IMG/VR virus record: IMGVR_UViG_3300011217_000001
Coordinates: 64,001 to 128,000 of that record
Source: a virus
Lineage: Duplodnaviria > Caudoviricetes
Strand: one strand, 5' to 3'
DNA: 64,000 bases
In this document: piece by piece, positions 8,869-18,624 of the stretch
How the letters are laid out: every line of letters starts with the position of its first letter
Numbering within the stretch: position 1 is the first letter of the stretch
Program-made: the position numbers and the translations under genes
Notes under the pieces: model-generated
Told to the model about the DNA's origin: nothing
The model's input: the letters and a program-made list of their open reading frames with translations, nothing else
The model's database searches: none

Positions 8869-11805
8869 ATGGACACCTCACCCGTAAAGCAGGCAATTGA
8901 TCGCTTCTTCACCCGACTGGGTGTGCTGTTCCGTGCCAAGGCAACTCTGGTGGCCAAGGCCGACAACGCTCTGAAGTGGATGTCTCAGACCAAGGCGCAG
9001 GTCATCGCCAACGTCAAAGCTGGCAGCAGTGACCACATCTCTCAGCGCAGCAATCCTCACGTCGTAACGCCCTCGCAGATCAACGCGTACTCCAAGGCCG
9101 ACCTGGATACATTGCTGGCCGGCCGAGTTCCTGTGGGTATCCTTCCCATCAGTCGCTACGGCGCACTGAACTTCCTTCCGGTGGGCGTGTCTGGCAGCTA
9201 CGAAGGCGCCATCGCTCCAACCGACAATCTGCACGTCGCTCTGAACATCGAGGACGACGGCACGCTGGTCATGCTTCGCGCTGGCACCGATGGTGGCGTG
9301 AAGGGCATCTACTACTCCTACGTACTTGATCCGCTCAACCAGGCCGTGGCGCTGAACATCCGCGTTACTTCGCGGCGATACGCCCCCGCTTTCCTGAGCT
9401 CATCTGGTCACTACCCGGATATGCTGTTCCGTTCGACGCGTGATGTTGTCTTCGGTCGCAGTAGCAATGACGCCGGTCAGCTTGGCGTCTTCATCGCGCT
9501 GGCCGGGGGGACGTTCGACGATACTTCCCATACCGGCACTTTCATTCCGCTCAACTTGATCCCGGCTGAATGGATGGATGTCGACAGTGGCTACAATTGC
9601 AGCCGAGTTGACGTGGTCATGCACGCTGACCGCATCTACTTCCTGAACCCCCGTGGCAGTAATGCCAACGGCGCATCCATCTCGGTATACTCTATCGCGG
9701 CCTCGCAGGTGCGCGCAGGTAACATCACCGAGGTACGTAACGAGACGGGCTGGGAGGTCACTGATCTTTACGGACAGACGCGCACCAATCAGGACACCGT
9801 GCAGATGACTCAGGTTGGCACCAGCTCCAATGCAGCTACCCTTCCGCTGATTCAGTGGGAAACGCCGGATGGGGCCAACATCAGCATCACCATGATTCGC
9901 TCTCCCGCCAACCGAGCCGGTATCCACGGGACCATGGAAGATGGCATTTACCACGCCAACTTTGAAAACCAAATGCAGTTCAACTGGACGCCTCCGGGTC
10001 AGGCCTCTCGCGGCACCTGGAATGTTTGGGTATGGACGTTCAAGCTAGACTTCGTCAACAAAAAGGCGTGGCCGATCGAACAGCTGGGTACGGTCTCGCC
10101 GCCTACCGCTCCGATGAAGGTGGTTACTGACGGCATCAATCTCATCTACTCCGGCAAGCTGCAAGCACGGGTACGTAGTGAGGTGAGTGATCGCGGCACC
10201 GACTACCTCTACGTCAACGAACGTCAGCCCGACGGATCCATGGTTCCCTGCCAGCTCTCGTCTCGAATGAACTGGTGGGGTAGTTATAGCCATCAGCTGA
10301 TCCGTCGTAAGTTCGTGGGTACGACCAAGATCTCTAGCCTGATGAATCCGACGATTGACACTCCTCAGTCGTACGGCTCAAGCGTGTCGTTCTCTCCGCA
10401 ATTCGGTGGTGCATTCGGTCGTCGCTTCGGAGCACCCATCTTCCTTGGCAACAACAAGGTAATGACGCACTGCGAAGGTAACTCCGCAACGGGGCGATGG
10501 CAGGAACACATGGCCTATGGGGACGTTGGTTACGAGACCAGCTTCACCTACAAGTCGCTGGACTTCGGGACTCTGCAAGGCTCAATCCCCAGGGCGTATC
10601 GTCAGGAGCTCGGAGAGTTCAAGACAGGGGTATCTGAACTGACGTACATGATGATGACCGAGACCAAGTTGAGCAACCTCAACCAGTTCACGGTCGATCA
10701 GGTGACGTTGGTTCATGGTCAGCGTACGTTGATCTATCGCGGTATCAGTCCAGACCTCACCTACACGCACACCCTGGCAATTACTGCGGCGCTGTTTGAC
10801 TCGCTGCGCGATACCATGCGTCAGAAGGTCATCGCTGCCTTCAATCCGCCACTGACTGCCAACGAAGCGGACTTCACGGTAGAGTGGATGATTCCGCGTA
10901 CGGGTCCGTCAATGTTTGTGGCGACGTACCTGCAGGACAACGCTCGTCTCAGTACCGCCATGATCCTGGCAGAGCCGAACACCAAGTCTGGTACGATCAC
11001 CGGCATCACGTGGGACGATGCTTCGTTGATCAACGTAGCGTCTGATTCGAACGTAACGAGCATCGGCATGAACCTGTCCACGCAGCGACGAGCCGGCGCC
11101 ATGGCGATGATCGAATCTGACAACTACTGGTTCCTCAGTGGGCACGGCGGACGTCACATCCAGCGCTCTGGTAGCTCCGGTTATCCGACGTGGCGCTGGG
11201 CTCTGAACAAGGCGACGCGCAAGTTCGAGAAGGTAGGCGTCTCTGTCAGCGACGTCAGCAACGGGGTGTCCAAGCGAGTGTTCATTCCCGGCAAGGGCAT
11301 GTGCATCACGCGCTGTAACTCGGGTTACGATTCGTTCTCCAAGATCACCTACACGGTCGAGGGTGACACCGAGGCAGAGCTGTACAACCTGACCACCAAG
11401 TCGCCGACGAATCTGGTCCTGTTGTCCATGATGAAACCGGCGCAGTGGAACGTGTCCTTTACCGAGCCCACCGATGTGATCTTGGCTGGACGTAAATATG
11501 TGATTGAGCCGATCACGGTCTTCCTCAACGAACTGGTCGCTGATCCGGCGAACAAGACTTTCTATGTCTACGTACGACTGGTGGCTGGTAAGCTGGTGTA
11601 CGCTATCCAGCTCGATGAAGTTCCGGAGTCGGCCATGAACATGTTCATCGGTACGATCATCACCGGTGCAGCATCCATCTCCTCGCTGAACATCAACAAG
11701 GTGACGCGCCTGGGCAACTATCGCCCGTCCACCACTCCCATCGGTTCGGCAATCCCGGTCGCCTCTGGTGCACCTCAGGACATTGTTCCGCTGAACTGGA
11801 ACTGA
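8869..11805 (+). CDS. Large virion/tail protein (978 aa), possible receptor-binding protein
   Basis: Start moved to ATG 8869 (AAGGT RBS), since the longer ORF would cross the terminator. NPH N-terminus, large beta-rich core and conserved C-terminal domain. Confidence 0.8.
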   Translation: MDTSPVKQAIDRFFTRLGVLFRAKATLVAKADNALKWMSQTKAQVIANVKAGSSDHISQRSNPHVVTPSQINAYSKADLDTLLAGRVPVGILPISRYGALNFLPVGVSGSYEGAIAPTDNLHVALNIEDDGTLVMLRAGTDGGVKGIYYSYVLDPLNQAVALNIRVTSRRYAPAFLSSSGHYPDMLFRSTRDVVFGRSSNDAGQLGVFIALAGGTFDDTSHTGTFIPLNLIPAEWMDVDSGYNCSRVDVVMHADRIYFLNPRGSNANGASISVYSIAASQVRAGNITEVRNETGWEVTDLYGQTRTNQDTVQMTQVGTSSNAATLPLIQWETPDGANISITMIRSPANRAGIHGTMEDGIYHANFENQMQFNWTPPGQASRGTWNVWVWTFKLDFVNKKAWPIEQLGTVSPPTAPMKVVTDGINLIYSGKLQARVRSEVSDRGTDYLYVNERQPDGSMVPCQLSSRMNWWGSYSHQLIRRKFVGTTKISSLMNPTIDTPQSYGSSVSFSPQFGGAFGRRFGAPIFLGNNKVMTHCEGNSATGRWQEHMAYGDVGYETSFTYKSLDFGTLQGSIPRAYRQELGEFKTGVSELTYMMMTETKLSNLNQFTVDQVTLVHGQRTLIYRGISPDLTYTHTLAITAALFDSLRDTMRQKVIAAFNPPLTANEADFTVEWMIPRTGPSMFVATYLQDNARLSTAMILAEPNTKSGTITGITWDDASLINVASDSNVTSIGMNLSTQRRAGAMAMIESDNYWFLSGHGGRHIQRSGSSGYPTWRWALNKATRKFEKVGVSVSDVSNGVSKRVFIPGKGMCITRCNSGYDSFSKITYTVEGDTEAELYNLTTKSPTNLVLLSMMKPAQWNVSFTEPTDVILAGRKYVIEPITVFLNELVADPANKTFYVYVRLVAGKLVYAIQLDEVPESAMNMFIGTIITGAASISSLNINKVTRLGNYRPSTTPIGSAIPVASGAPQDIVPLNWN

Positions 11806-11817
11806 CAGAAAGGGTGA

Positions 11818-14736
11818 ATGATGAGTATCAAGGGACTGGCGGCGATGAAGGCAAAGCTGGATGCCTTCCTCGCAAAGGCCATCGCAAAGTCGAAGGAAAA
11901 GCCCGTTGCGGCTACTACTTCCGACAACACGACCAATCTGGGTGGCAAGTCTTACTCGGATTGGTTTTGGGAGATCATCAATCGCATCCAAGCGCACGCT
12001 GCGCGCCGTGACAATCCCCACGGCGTCACTGCGGCGCAGGTGAACGTTTACGATCGGCCGACGACCCTGTCGGCTCTGGAGACGACGCTCCCCGCAGATG
12101 CTTGTCCGGTGATCTCCTATGGTCGACAGAACGAATACCCGATTGACATGTCGGGGGCGTTCGAGGCTGCCTTCCGCTATCAGGAGATGCGTTGGTCGGT
12201 TCTGAACGTGGAGCCGGATGGTTCGGTGGCTCTGATCCGCAATGGTACGGATGGTGGCAACACCGGCGCCTTCCTCTGCTACTCTGAGGACGCATCCACG
12301 GCATCCAAGCCGACGATGATCTACACCAACAACCGCTACAAGGCACCGTACTTCCCCGCTGGCAAAACCAGCGCATACGTGTTCCAGGGTGGCGCGGGTG
12401 TGATCGCTGGTAAGGTGCAGAACCTGACCACCGGCGAGTTCGGCGAGTGTTTCATCTCGCTGATGGATGGTTCGATCTTCGGAGCCAACCATCGCGGTAT
12501 CCTGATCGACCCGACCTGGTTTGCGGACTACCTGCATCGCGGCGAGTGCATCCTGACTCCAGACGGCGTCTACGTCGTCACTCAGTCGGACATTCGCGAC
12601 ACGGCTACGCAGAAGTTTGATCTGGCAGTGCACTTCTTCCCGATCAGTGCTTTCTCCGCAGCCAACCAAGCGCTGGTGGAGCCGATCCGCATCACCAACT
12701 GCGCCACCAAGGATCTGTACGGCGAAAAACCGCGTGCAGGCACTCCGGCCAACATCCATCGTTTGTCCGAGTGCGTGGTGTCGCGCCTGATGACTGACAA
12801 GCCGTTCATCCACGCACCGGGTTCTCGCGATACCCAGCGTCCGCTGGTCTCGGTCAATCATCGTCCGGGCATGTTCTCCATCTATGATCCGGCATCGGGT
12901 AGGGTGAAGGGTAGCTTCCGCGGCGTGCGTCGTACCAGCATCAGTGGTTACTCCGGCTACCTGACCCATCGCTTCAACTTCGAATACGAGATGGTGCTCA
13001 CTCCGACCACCTCCTACTTCGAAGTAACCACAGGCAAGGGTTCGCTGCCGGACAATCCGCCTGTTCGCCTGATCGTCAGTGACACCGCCGATACCGCAAC
13101 GGTAAGCGGCCCGTCCTACACGATCCCGGGTGGTGAGTATTACGGCTTCGGCGAGAGTGATCAGCAGGTATCATTGACCACGGCCGAAGACGGCACGGTG
13201 TACGTCTTCTCTGATGGCTACTACCAGTTCAGCCCGGGTCGCTTCAATCGTGGCAAGGCTGCCGCTGGCCCGAACAGTCCGAAGGTCAATGGTTATCTTC
13301 CGATGACCTGCGCGCGTAACCCGTGGGCTACCAACGACAACTCGTTCCCGCCTGCACCTTCGGCACTGGGTCAGTTCAACAGCTCACCTGTCCCGATCCC
13401 CTCGGGCTGGTTGGTCCACAGCTTCGGTCGTCGTGCGGATGGCCAGAGCACAGCAGCTCACGCCATCTTCTCCATCGGCACGCCCGGCTTCACCTACAAG
13501 TCACTGTACAACGGCAGCTATCAGGGCTGGGCTCCGAGCACACGCCGCCAGTTCGTTTCCGACACCCCGGGACATTATCAGGACACCACCTATCCTGCTT
13601 CCGTAGTGGCCACTGACGGCACGGTGACCACGAGCCTGGGCGTACTAGGGGACAACATCCGGATGAGCGGCATGATGCGTCTGGCGGCCAATGGAACGGC
13701 CTCCGTACCCATCAGCATCACCACCGCTGCACTGGAGAACCTGAGAGCGGCTGTGGTGGCTGCAATGGCACCCAATGTCGTGCGTTCGATGGCGTTGGAG
13801 ATCATCACCACCGAGATGGCGGATCTCCCCCCGATCCTCAATGTACCGGTCGTCTTCGAAGACGGCTCGACGCAGACGTGGGCGTGGACGTTGAACTCTG
13901 GACGTTCGGGTGCAATCACTCCGACGCTGAAGGATGCCATCGGTAGCGTACGCATGTCCGGCGGACCCAGTACGTACACCATCGGCGTACAGTCCATCGC
14001 CCAACGCTCGGCATACTTCCAGGCCTACCAGACTGCTGATGCGTACCTGATCGGTCTGCGCATGTGCAACAGTCACAACAACTCCGGCGCTGCAGCCATG
14101 TTCGACTCTCGCTTTGCGATCAGTCGTTCCACTGGCAAGGTAGTGGATGGAACCTACACGGTCATCCGTCGTTCCAACTCGGCACCCAACCTGCGTGGCG
14201 TGGTGGCTGTGGCTGGCATGGGTTTGTGTGAGATGATCGACACCAACACCGATGCCGACTTCGTGACCAAGGCTCTGATCGCTCCTGCGGCGACCACGGC
14301 TGAACACATGAAGAACTGGACCATCGACAACAACCGCGAGAACTGGCGTGTGTTGGCGAGCGCTCAGATGGCGTCGGCTTGGACGGTCTCGCTCAATCAG
14401 GTGGAGCCGTTGGTGCTCGGCGGACGTTATTATGAACTCCAGCCTGCAACGATCAACCTGGCCGACATCAAAGCCAACCCGGCCAACACGACGTTCTACG
14501 TCTACGCAGTAACCGTGCCCAGTCCCAGCTACCAGATCACCGAGACCAAGTATCCCGACAACATGCAGCGCATGTTCCTGGGTACGATCACCACCAATGC
14601 ATCCGCCGTTGAGCGCATGCAGGTGGGGAAGGTCGTCGGGTACGGTGCGGGACGTCTGTCCACGGTTCCGGCTGGCCAGTCCATCCCTGTCAGCGGCGGT
14701 CTGCCAAGCAGGCCCGGCTCTCTCATCTGGAAATAA
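11818..14736 (+). CDS. Large virion/tail protein (972 aa), paralog of 8869..11805
   Basis: Shares NPH..T..Q.N.Y, E.DG.L..LR.GTDG, FTYKSL and the TFYVY...MF.GTI.T...IPV.G.P...W motifs. Confidence 0.8.
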   Translation: MMSIKGLAAMKAKLDAFLAKAIAKSKEKPVAATTSDNTTNLGGKSYSDWFWEIINRIQAHAARRDNPHGVTAAQVNVYDRPTTLSALETTLPADACPVISYGRQNEYPIDMSGAFEAAFRYQEMRWSVLNVEPDGSVALIRNGTDGGNTGAFLCYSEDASTASKPTMIYTNNRYKAPYFPAGKTSAYVFQGGAGVIAGKVQNLTTGEFGECFISLMDGSIFGANHRGILIDPTWFADYLHRGECILTPDGVYVVTQSDIRDTATQKFDLAVHFFPISAFSAANQALVEPIRITNCATKDLYGEKPRAGTPANIHRLSECVVSRLMTDKPFIHAPGSRDTQRPLVSVNHRPGMFSIYDPASGRVKGSFRGVRRTSISGYSGYLTHRFNFEYEMVLTPTTSYFEVTTGKGSLPDNPPVRLIVSDTADTATVSGPSYTIPGGEYYGFGESDQQVSLTTAEDGTVYVFSDGYYQFSPGRFNRGKAAAGPNSPKVNGYLPMTCARNPWATNDNSFPPAPSALGQFNSSPVPIPSGWLVHSFGRRADGQSTAAHAIFSIGTPGFTYKSLYNGSYQGWAPSTRRQFVSDTPGHYQDTTYPASVVATDGTVTTSLGVLGDNIRMSGMMRLAANGTASVPISITTAALENLRAAVVAAMAPNVVRSMALEIITTEMADLPPILNVPVVFEDGSTQTWAWTLNSGRSGAITPTLKDAIGSVRMSGGPSTYTIGVQSIAQRSAYFQAYQTADAYLIGLRMCNSHNNSGAAAMFDSRFAISRSTGKVVDGTYTVIRRSNSAPNLRGVVAVAGMGLCEMIDTNTDADFVTKALIAPAATTAEHMKNWTIDNNRENWRVLASAQMASAWTVSLNQVEPLVLGGRYYELQPATINLADIKANPANTTFYVYAVTVPSPSYQITETKYPDNMQRMFLGTITTNASAVERMQVGKVVGYGAGRLSTVPAGQSIPVSGGLPSRPGSLIWK

Positions 14737-14745
14737 GAGGTAACC

Positions 14746-15186
14746 ATGAGCGACAATACCCCCGGTCTCATCGCGGCACTGAAGAAGTCGATCGAAGACT
14801 TCGTGGCCAAGATGACGGAAAAGCTGAAAGGCTACGCGAGCAAGCAGGAGCTCACCGAAGGCCTGAATGCGCGTCCGACCACCACGGCGATGACCCAGGC
14901 CATCAACTCGGCGGTGAGCAATCGTCCCACCACGACCGCCATGGCCCAGGCGATCTCCGATGCCGTTTCCGACCGCCCCACGACGAGCGCGATGAATCAG
15001 GCCATCGGCAATGCCGTCAACGATCGGCCGAGCAACACCTCGATGAATCAGGCCATCGCCGACAGCGTGAGCAATCGTCCGACTTCGGCACAGGTCAAGT
15101 CCTTCACGGTCAGCTCTGCTGCGCCGACGACGGCTGAGATCAACGCCCTGCCCGAAGGGGCGGTCTGGTTCCAGACGGGAACGTAA
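14746..15186 (+). CDS. Small fibrous tail protein with 17-aa repeats
   Basis: GAGG RBS. Four RPTTxAMxQAIxxAVSx units plus a partial fifth. Ends in the S..AP.......EGAVWFQ motif typical of tail fibres. Confidence 0.8.
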   Translation: MSDNTPGLIAALKKSIEDFVAKMTEKLKGYASKQELTEGLNARPTTTAMTQAINSAVSNRPTTTAMAQAISDAVSDRPTTSAMNQAIGNAVNDRPSNTSMNQAIADSVSNRPTSAQVKSFTVSSAAPTTAEINALPEGAVWFQTGT

Positions 15187-15189
15187 GCC

Positions 15190-15888
15190 ATGGCTGATGA
15201 AGAAGGTATCGTCGACATCAATCGCGGCATGTTCGTGGTCAACAACCTCCCCGTAGGTGGTTCCACGATCTACCGGGCGATCATGCGGATCAATCGACTG
15301 GAGCTGCACAGCGCGCCCCAGCCGGTGAACTTCCGTGCTCTGATCTACACGCTGGTGTTCTGGAAGAACCAGCCGGAGAAGGATCGCGACTACGCCAACG
15401 CCACGCCGTACCTGAACGGCATCAAGCTCGGTGTGCTCATCAAGGATGGCAACTACACCATCGAGCAGTTGGAGAAGATCGCCATCGACAACTTCCTGAA
15501 CTTCGTCGTTCCGGGCAAGCGGTCGATGGTCAGCGCCGATGAGATGGTCCGTCGGGTCAATGGCCACAAGGCACGCGTTACCACCTCCGTCAAGGACGAT
15601 GTGAAGGTGGGCGTGCGTGCAGTAACCCACAAGGCGATCTGGGAATCTCCCGAGCACAAGAACCTGGAGCTGGTCTACAACAAGATCAGCTACGAGGGTA
15701 TTGCCTACTGTCCGGATGGTTTCACGATCACCGGCGAGTGGGATCCGGAGAAGAACGGACCGCTGGAAGTTGAGGGCGACTACGCGGTAGGCGGCGATCT
15801 GATCACCGCTGCCTCCGACCACTTCCGCACCAACGGCTTCATCGCCCAGTGCGAAGGTAAGGAGGTAGACCATGGCGAGGAAGCGTGA
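15190..15888 (+). CDS. Hypothetical protein in the tail cluster
   Basis: 232-aa ORF starting 4 nt after the upstream stop, with phage-like codon use. Confidence 0.75.
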   Translation: MADEEGIVDINRGMFVVNNLPVGGSTIYRAIMRINRLELHSAPQPVNFRALIYTLVFWKNQPEKDRDYANATPYLNGIKLGVLIKDGNYTIEQLEKIAIDNFLNFVVPGKRSMVSADEMVRRVNGHKARVTTSVKDDVKVGVRAVTHKAIWESPEHKNLELVYNKISYEGIAYCPDGFTITGEWDPEKNGPLEVEGDYAVGGDLITAASDHFRTNGFIAQCEGKEVDHGEEA

Positions 15889-16534
15889 GCTTCTGATCAA
15901 ACAGGGGACGGCGATGACAACCGTCGCCCCCTCGATCAAGTTGAACGGTGCCATGGTGAAGATCAAGAAGGGTTGGCAGAAGATCAATGGGGTCATGGTT
16001 CCGATCTTTGATGCCGACCCACTTGGTCCTGAGACCACGCCGCTGACCTTCCAGGCCTTCACCGGCAGGGATAGCGCAAGCGCTGGCGGCACACCCCGCA
16101 TTGGTTATCACGGCTTCCGACGCTACGCGGGAACTGTCAGGAATGATGATCCGATCGGATACCTGATCACCACCAACGCTTCCCGGGTACTGTCAGCTAC
16201 CATTGGACGTGTCCTTATTTCCACAGGTGGCGGGCAGGGGAGTAGTCAGTTCGATACTCTGACCATCATGCTCAACGACCGTACCGTCAACCCGGATGGT
16301 TCGACGACGGTGAACTGGGCGGTCAAACGACTCAGGGTCGTGTTCGAACGCAGCGGTGGCAACGATGTTCAACTTGAAATGTTCGAGATTGCTGAGAATG
16401 CGACCCGTGAGGTTGCAACCACCAATCCAAACGCCCCGCCGAAGATTGGTATACTGAACCTTCCGGTCCCTACCGAGTTCATGCCTTACGCTGCAGAGGG
16501 TAAGTTGACACTGGAACTCAACTACGAGCAATAA
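15872..16534 (+). CDS. Tail-associated protein
   Basis: AAGGAGG RBS. N-terminal KIKKGWQKINGVMVPIF motif is common in phage tail-fibre accessory proteins. Confidence 0.7.
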   Translation: MARKRELLIKQGTAMTTVAPSIKLNGAMVKIKKGWQKINGVMVPIFDADPLGPETTPLTFQAFTGRDSASAGGTPRIGYHGFRRYAGTVRNDDPIGYLITTNASRVLSATIGRVLISTGGGQGSSQFDTLTIMLNDRTVNPDGSTTVNWAVKRLRVVFERSGGNDVQLEMFEIAENATREVATTNPNAPPKIGILNLPVPTEFMPYAAEGKLTLELNYEQ

Positions 16535-16536
16535 AC

Positions 16537-16573
16537 GGCATAAAGCCCCTCCCTTCGGGGAGGGGCGATATGA
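16537..16573. terminator. Hairpin between convergent genes (UUCG loop, GGCATA/TATG flanks)
   Basis: GCCCCTCCC-ttcg-GGGAGGGGC. Confidence 0.75.
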
Positions 16574-16608
16574 CCTGCTTCACTATCGCGCAGCCAGACT
16601 AGGGTGCG

Positions 16609-17085
16609 CTACATCGCGGGGGTGGGAGGAACTCCGGCGCCCGAGAATGCCTTGACAAGTTCAATCAGGAACTTAAACACCGCATCGATCAATCCCTGAT
16701 CCGGTGCAGTACCGTTCTTCACGGCAGCGGCGTTGACGGCCAAGATGACCAGGAACGCGATGACAACAGATGCCGTCAGGGCCAGCATCAGCATCAGCAG
16801 GCGCGGATTCTTCACCAGCGATTCGATCAGTCCGGCGTGCTTCTTCTTTGCCTTCTTGACCGGCTTGGTTTCCGGCTTGCGAATCTTCAACGACAGGGCC
16901 AGCAGCGTCTCCTGCTTTTCAGCAGGCAGCTTGCTGATCTCCGCCAACAGCTCAACGCCCGTGGTGGCCAGGGTGACCTCAGCCTCTTCCAGGAAATCGT
17001 TGGTGTAGTCGACAATGCGCTGACCCCAGGGGAAATCCGCCAGGGTCAGTTCACCGACGACCTTTACGGCGTCGCGCATTTTCAT
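16609..17085 (-). CDS. Membrane protein with a C-terminal TM helix (holin-like candidate)
   Basis: Start moved to ATG 17085 (AAGAGGT RBS, MKM start). Hydrophobic stretch LLMLMLALTASVVIAFLVILAV followed by an amphipathic helix. Confidence 0.7.
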   Translation of the reverse strand: MKMRDAVKVVGELTLADFPWGQRIVDYTNDFLEEAEVTLATTGVELLAEISKLPAEKQETLLALSLKIRKPETKPVKKAKKKHAGLIESLVKNPRLLMLMLALTASVVIAFLVILAVNAAAVKNGTAPDQGLIDAVFKFLIELVKAFSGAGVPPTPAM

Positions 17086-17671
17086 TGGGTTTGACCTCTT
17101 TAGCGCAACCAAGCAGGTATGCGCAATGACAGTAGGCCACTGCGATCGCGTCCACTGAATGTTCGTCCAGTGAATCGTAATCGATGCCTTCGGCAAAAGT
17201 AAGATTGGGTACTTTGCAAACCAGACGCTTCATTGCGTCCTTATCGCTCTTACCAGTTCCGCCTACTGCCAACTTCACCGATGGAGGATCTACAGCGAGC
17301 AGCGGGATGTTTTCATCATACTGCCGCAGTGCGAAACGGAGAAGGTAAACACATTCGACCAGCGCATGGAAGACCGTGGCAAACTTGCGCATAAATGGTG
17401 ATTCGGAAATCACCGAGTTGGGTTCGAATGTGCGCAGGAGACGCGCAATCTCGTCCTCCAGCATCCGATGTCGAGGAACCCGACCCCCGTGCACTTCCTG
17501 CAGCACGGGGTATCGGACATCAGCATTGCTGGCATGGATCGTATCGACAAAGATCACCTCAACAGTAGAGGTTTCAAAGTCGATCTCCAAGACTGCCGTG
17601 CCCAGACAGTAGCCACCGGGGTCCACTCCGAACACCCGGTACTTTCTATCACGTTCCGGCATCACCAGCAT
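17051..17671 (-). CDS. ruvC: Holliday junction resolvase, RuvC-like
   Basis: VFGVDPG..LG, VISESPF, PPSVKLAVGG.GKSDK and DEHSVDAIAVA motifs. Confidence 0.9.
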   Translation of the reverse strand: MLVMPERDRKYRVFGVDPGGYCLGTAVLEIDFETSTVEVIFVDTIHASNADVRYPVLQEVHGGRVPRHRMLEDEIARLLRTFEPNSVISESPFMRKFATVFHALVECVYLLRFALRQYDENIPLLAVDPPSVKLAVGGTGKSDKDAMKRLVCKVPNLTFAEGIDYDSLDEHSVDAIAVAYCHCAYLLGCAKEVKPNENARRRKGRR

Positions 17672-17688
17672 AAGAACACCTCGCTGGA

Positions 17689-18549
17689 TCAGTTACCGGT
17701 GGTAACGGCCGACGGCTTGAACATCGGCTCGGTCGCGCCCAGGTTCACCTTCAGGTTGAAGCCCATATTGGTGAAGCCCACCGGGTAGTGACCGGTCATG
17801 TGGGCAGCGATCTGTGCAGCCACTGCTTCTTCGTACTGGATCGTGGTGTTGCCCGGGCCCGGACCGGTGACGATCTTGGTCGCAGCAGTCACCATGCCGA
17901 TCTCGGAGATCACCGCGTAGCGCTCGTCCTTGAACAGGATGCGCATGGCATTGACGAACTCGGCCACGTCGTTGGCGGTGAAGTCCAGCGGCAGGATCGC
18001 CGACACGGACAGGTAATCGCCGGAGGTGGTGACGGTGCCGGTGCTCGGGTATTCCGGAGCGGTCGGATTGAGGTTGCTGTTGTCCGGACGGAACGGCGTG
18101 GTGGTGACCTGGCCGTCCACTACCTTGTTGTAGTAGATGTCCGGCGACACCGAATCCATCGGGATCTTCTTCAGGTAGTAGGCCACATAGTTGCGGCCAT
18201 CCACCTGGATGATCTTGCGCATGCCATAGCGAGCGCGTGCAGCAGCGTCCAGGTCGTTGGTCAGCTCGCGCATGACGAACGGCAGGGGGCGGAACAGGCC
18301 AGCGTCGGTGGGACGATGGTCGATCGGACTGGTCAGCGGGAAGCCGTCAGCGCCGGTTTCGTTGCGGTGACCACCTTGACCGATGGTGTAGTAGCCCATG
18401 TACGGGATCTTGCCAGCTTCGGGCAGGACGTTGGCCTGGACTTCGTACTTCTCGTTGAGCGTGCTGTTGGGCAGCGCCTTGTAGGGCTTGCCGATCAGCA
18501 GCTCGGTCTGACGCAGGCAGCCGTAGCCAGTACGGGTAATGATTTTCAC
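17689..18549 (-). CDS. Virion structural protein (phiKZ gp139-like)
   Basis: NSTLNEK, IG.GGH, LF.PLPFV.RE..NDL, YYLK and C-terminal GATEP motifs; adjacent to RuvC as in phiKZ-like phages. Confidence 0.75.
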   Translation of the reverse strand: MKIITRTGYGCLRQTELLIGKPYKALPNSTLNEKYEVQANVLPEAGKIPYMGYYTIGQGGHRNETGADGFPLTSPIDHRPTDAGLFRPLPFVMRELTNDLDAAARARYGMRKIIQVDGRNYVAYYLKKIPMDSVSPDIYYNKVVDGQVTTTPFRPDNSNLNPTAPEYPSTGTVTTSGDYLSVSAILPLDFTANDVAEFVNAMRILFKDERYAVISEIGMVTAATKIVTGPGPGNTTIQYEEAVAAQIAAHMTGHYPVGFTNMGFNLKVNLGATEPMFKPSAVTTGN

Positions 18550-18624
18550 GTGGGAATACCTTTGTTCGTTTTGACGTAAGACGCGCTATACGATAGCGTG
18601 CTGGAGGTAATTCTCTACACGGGC

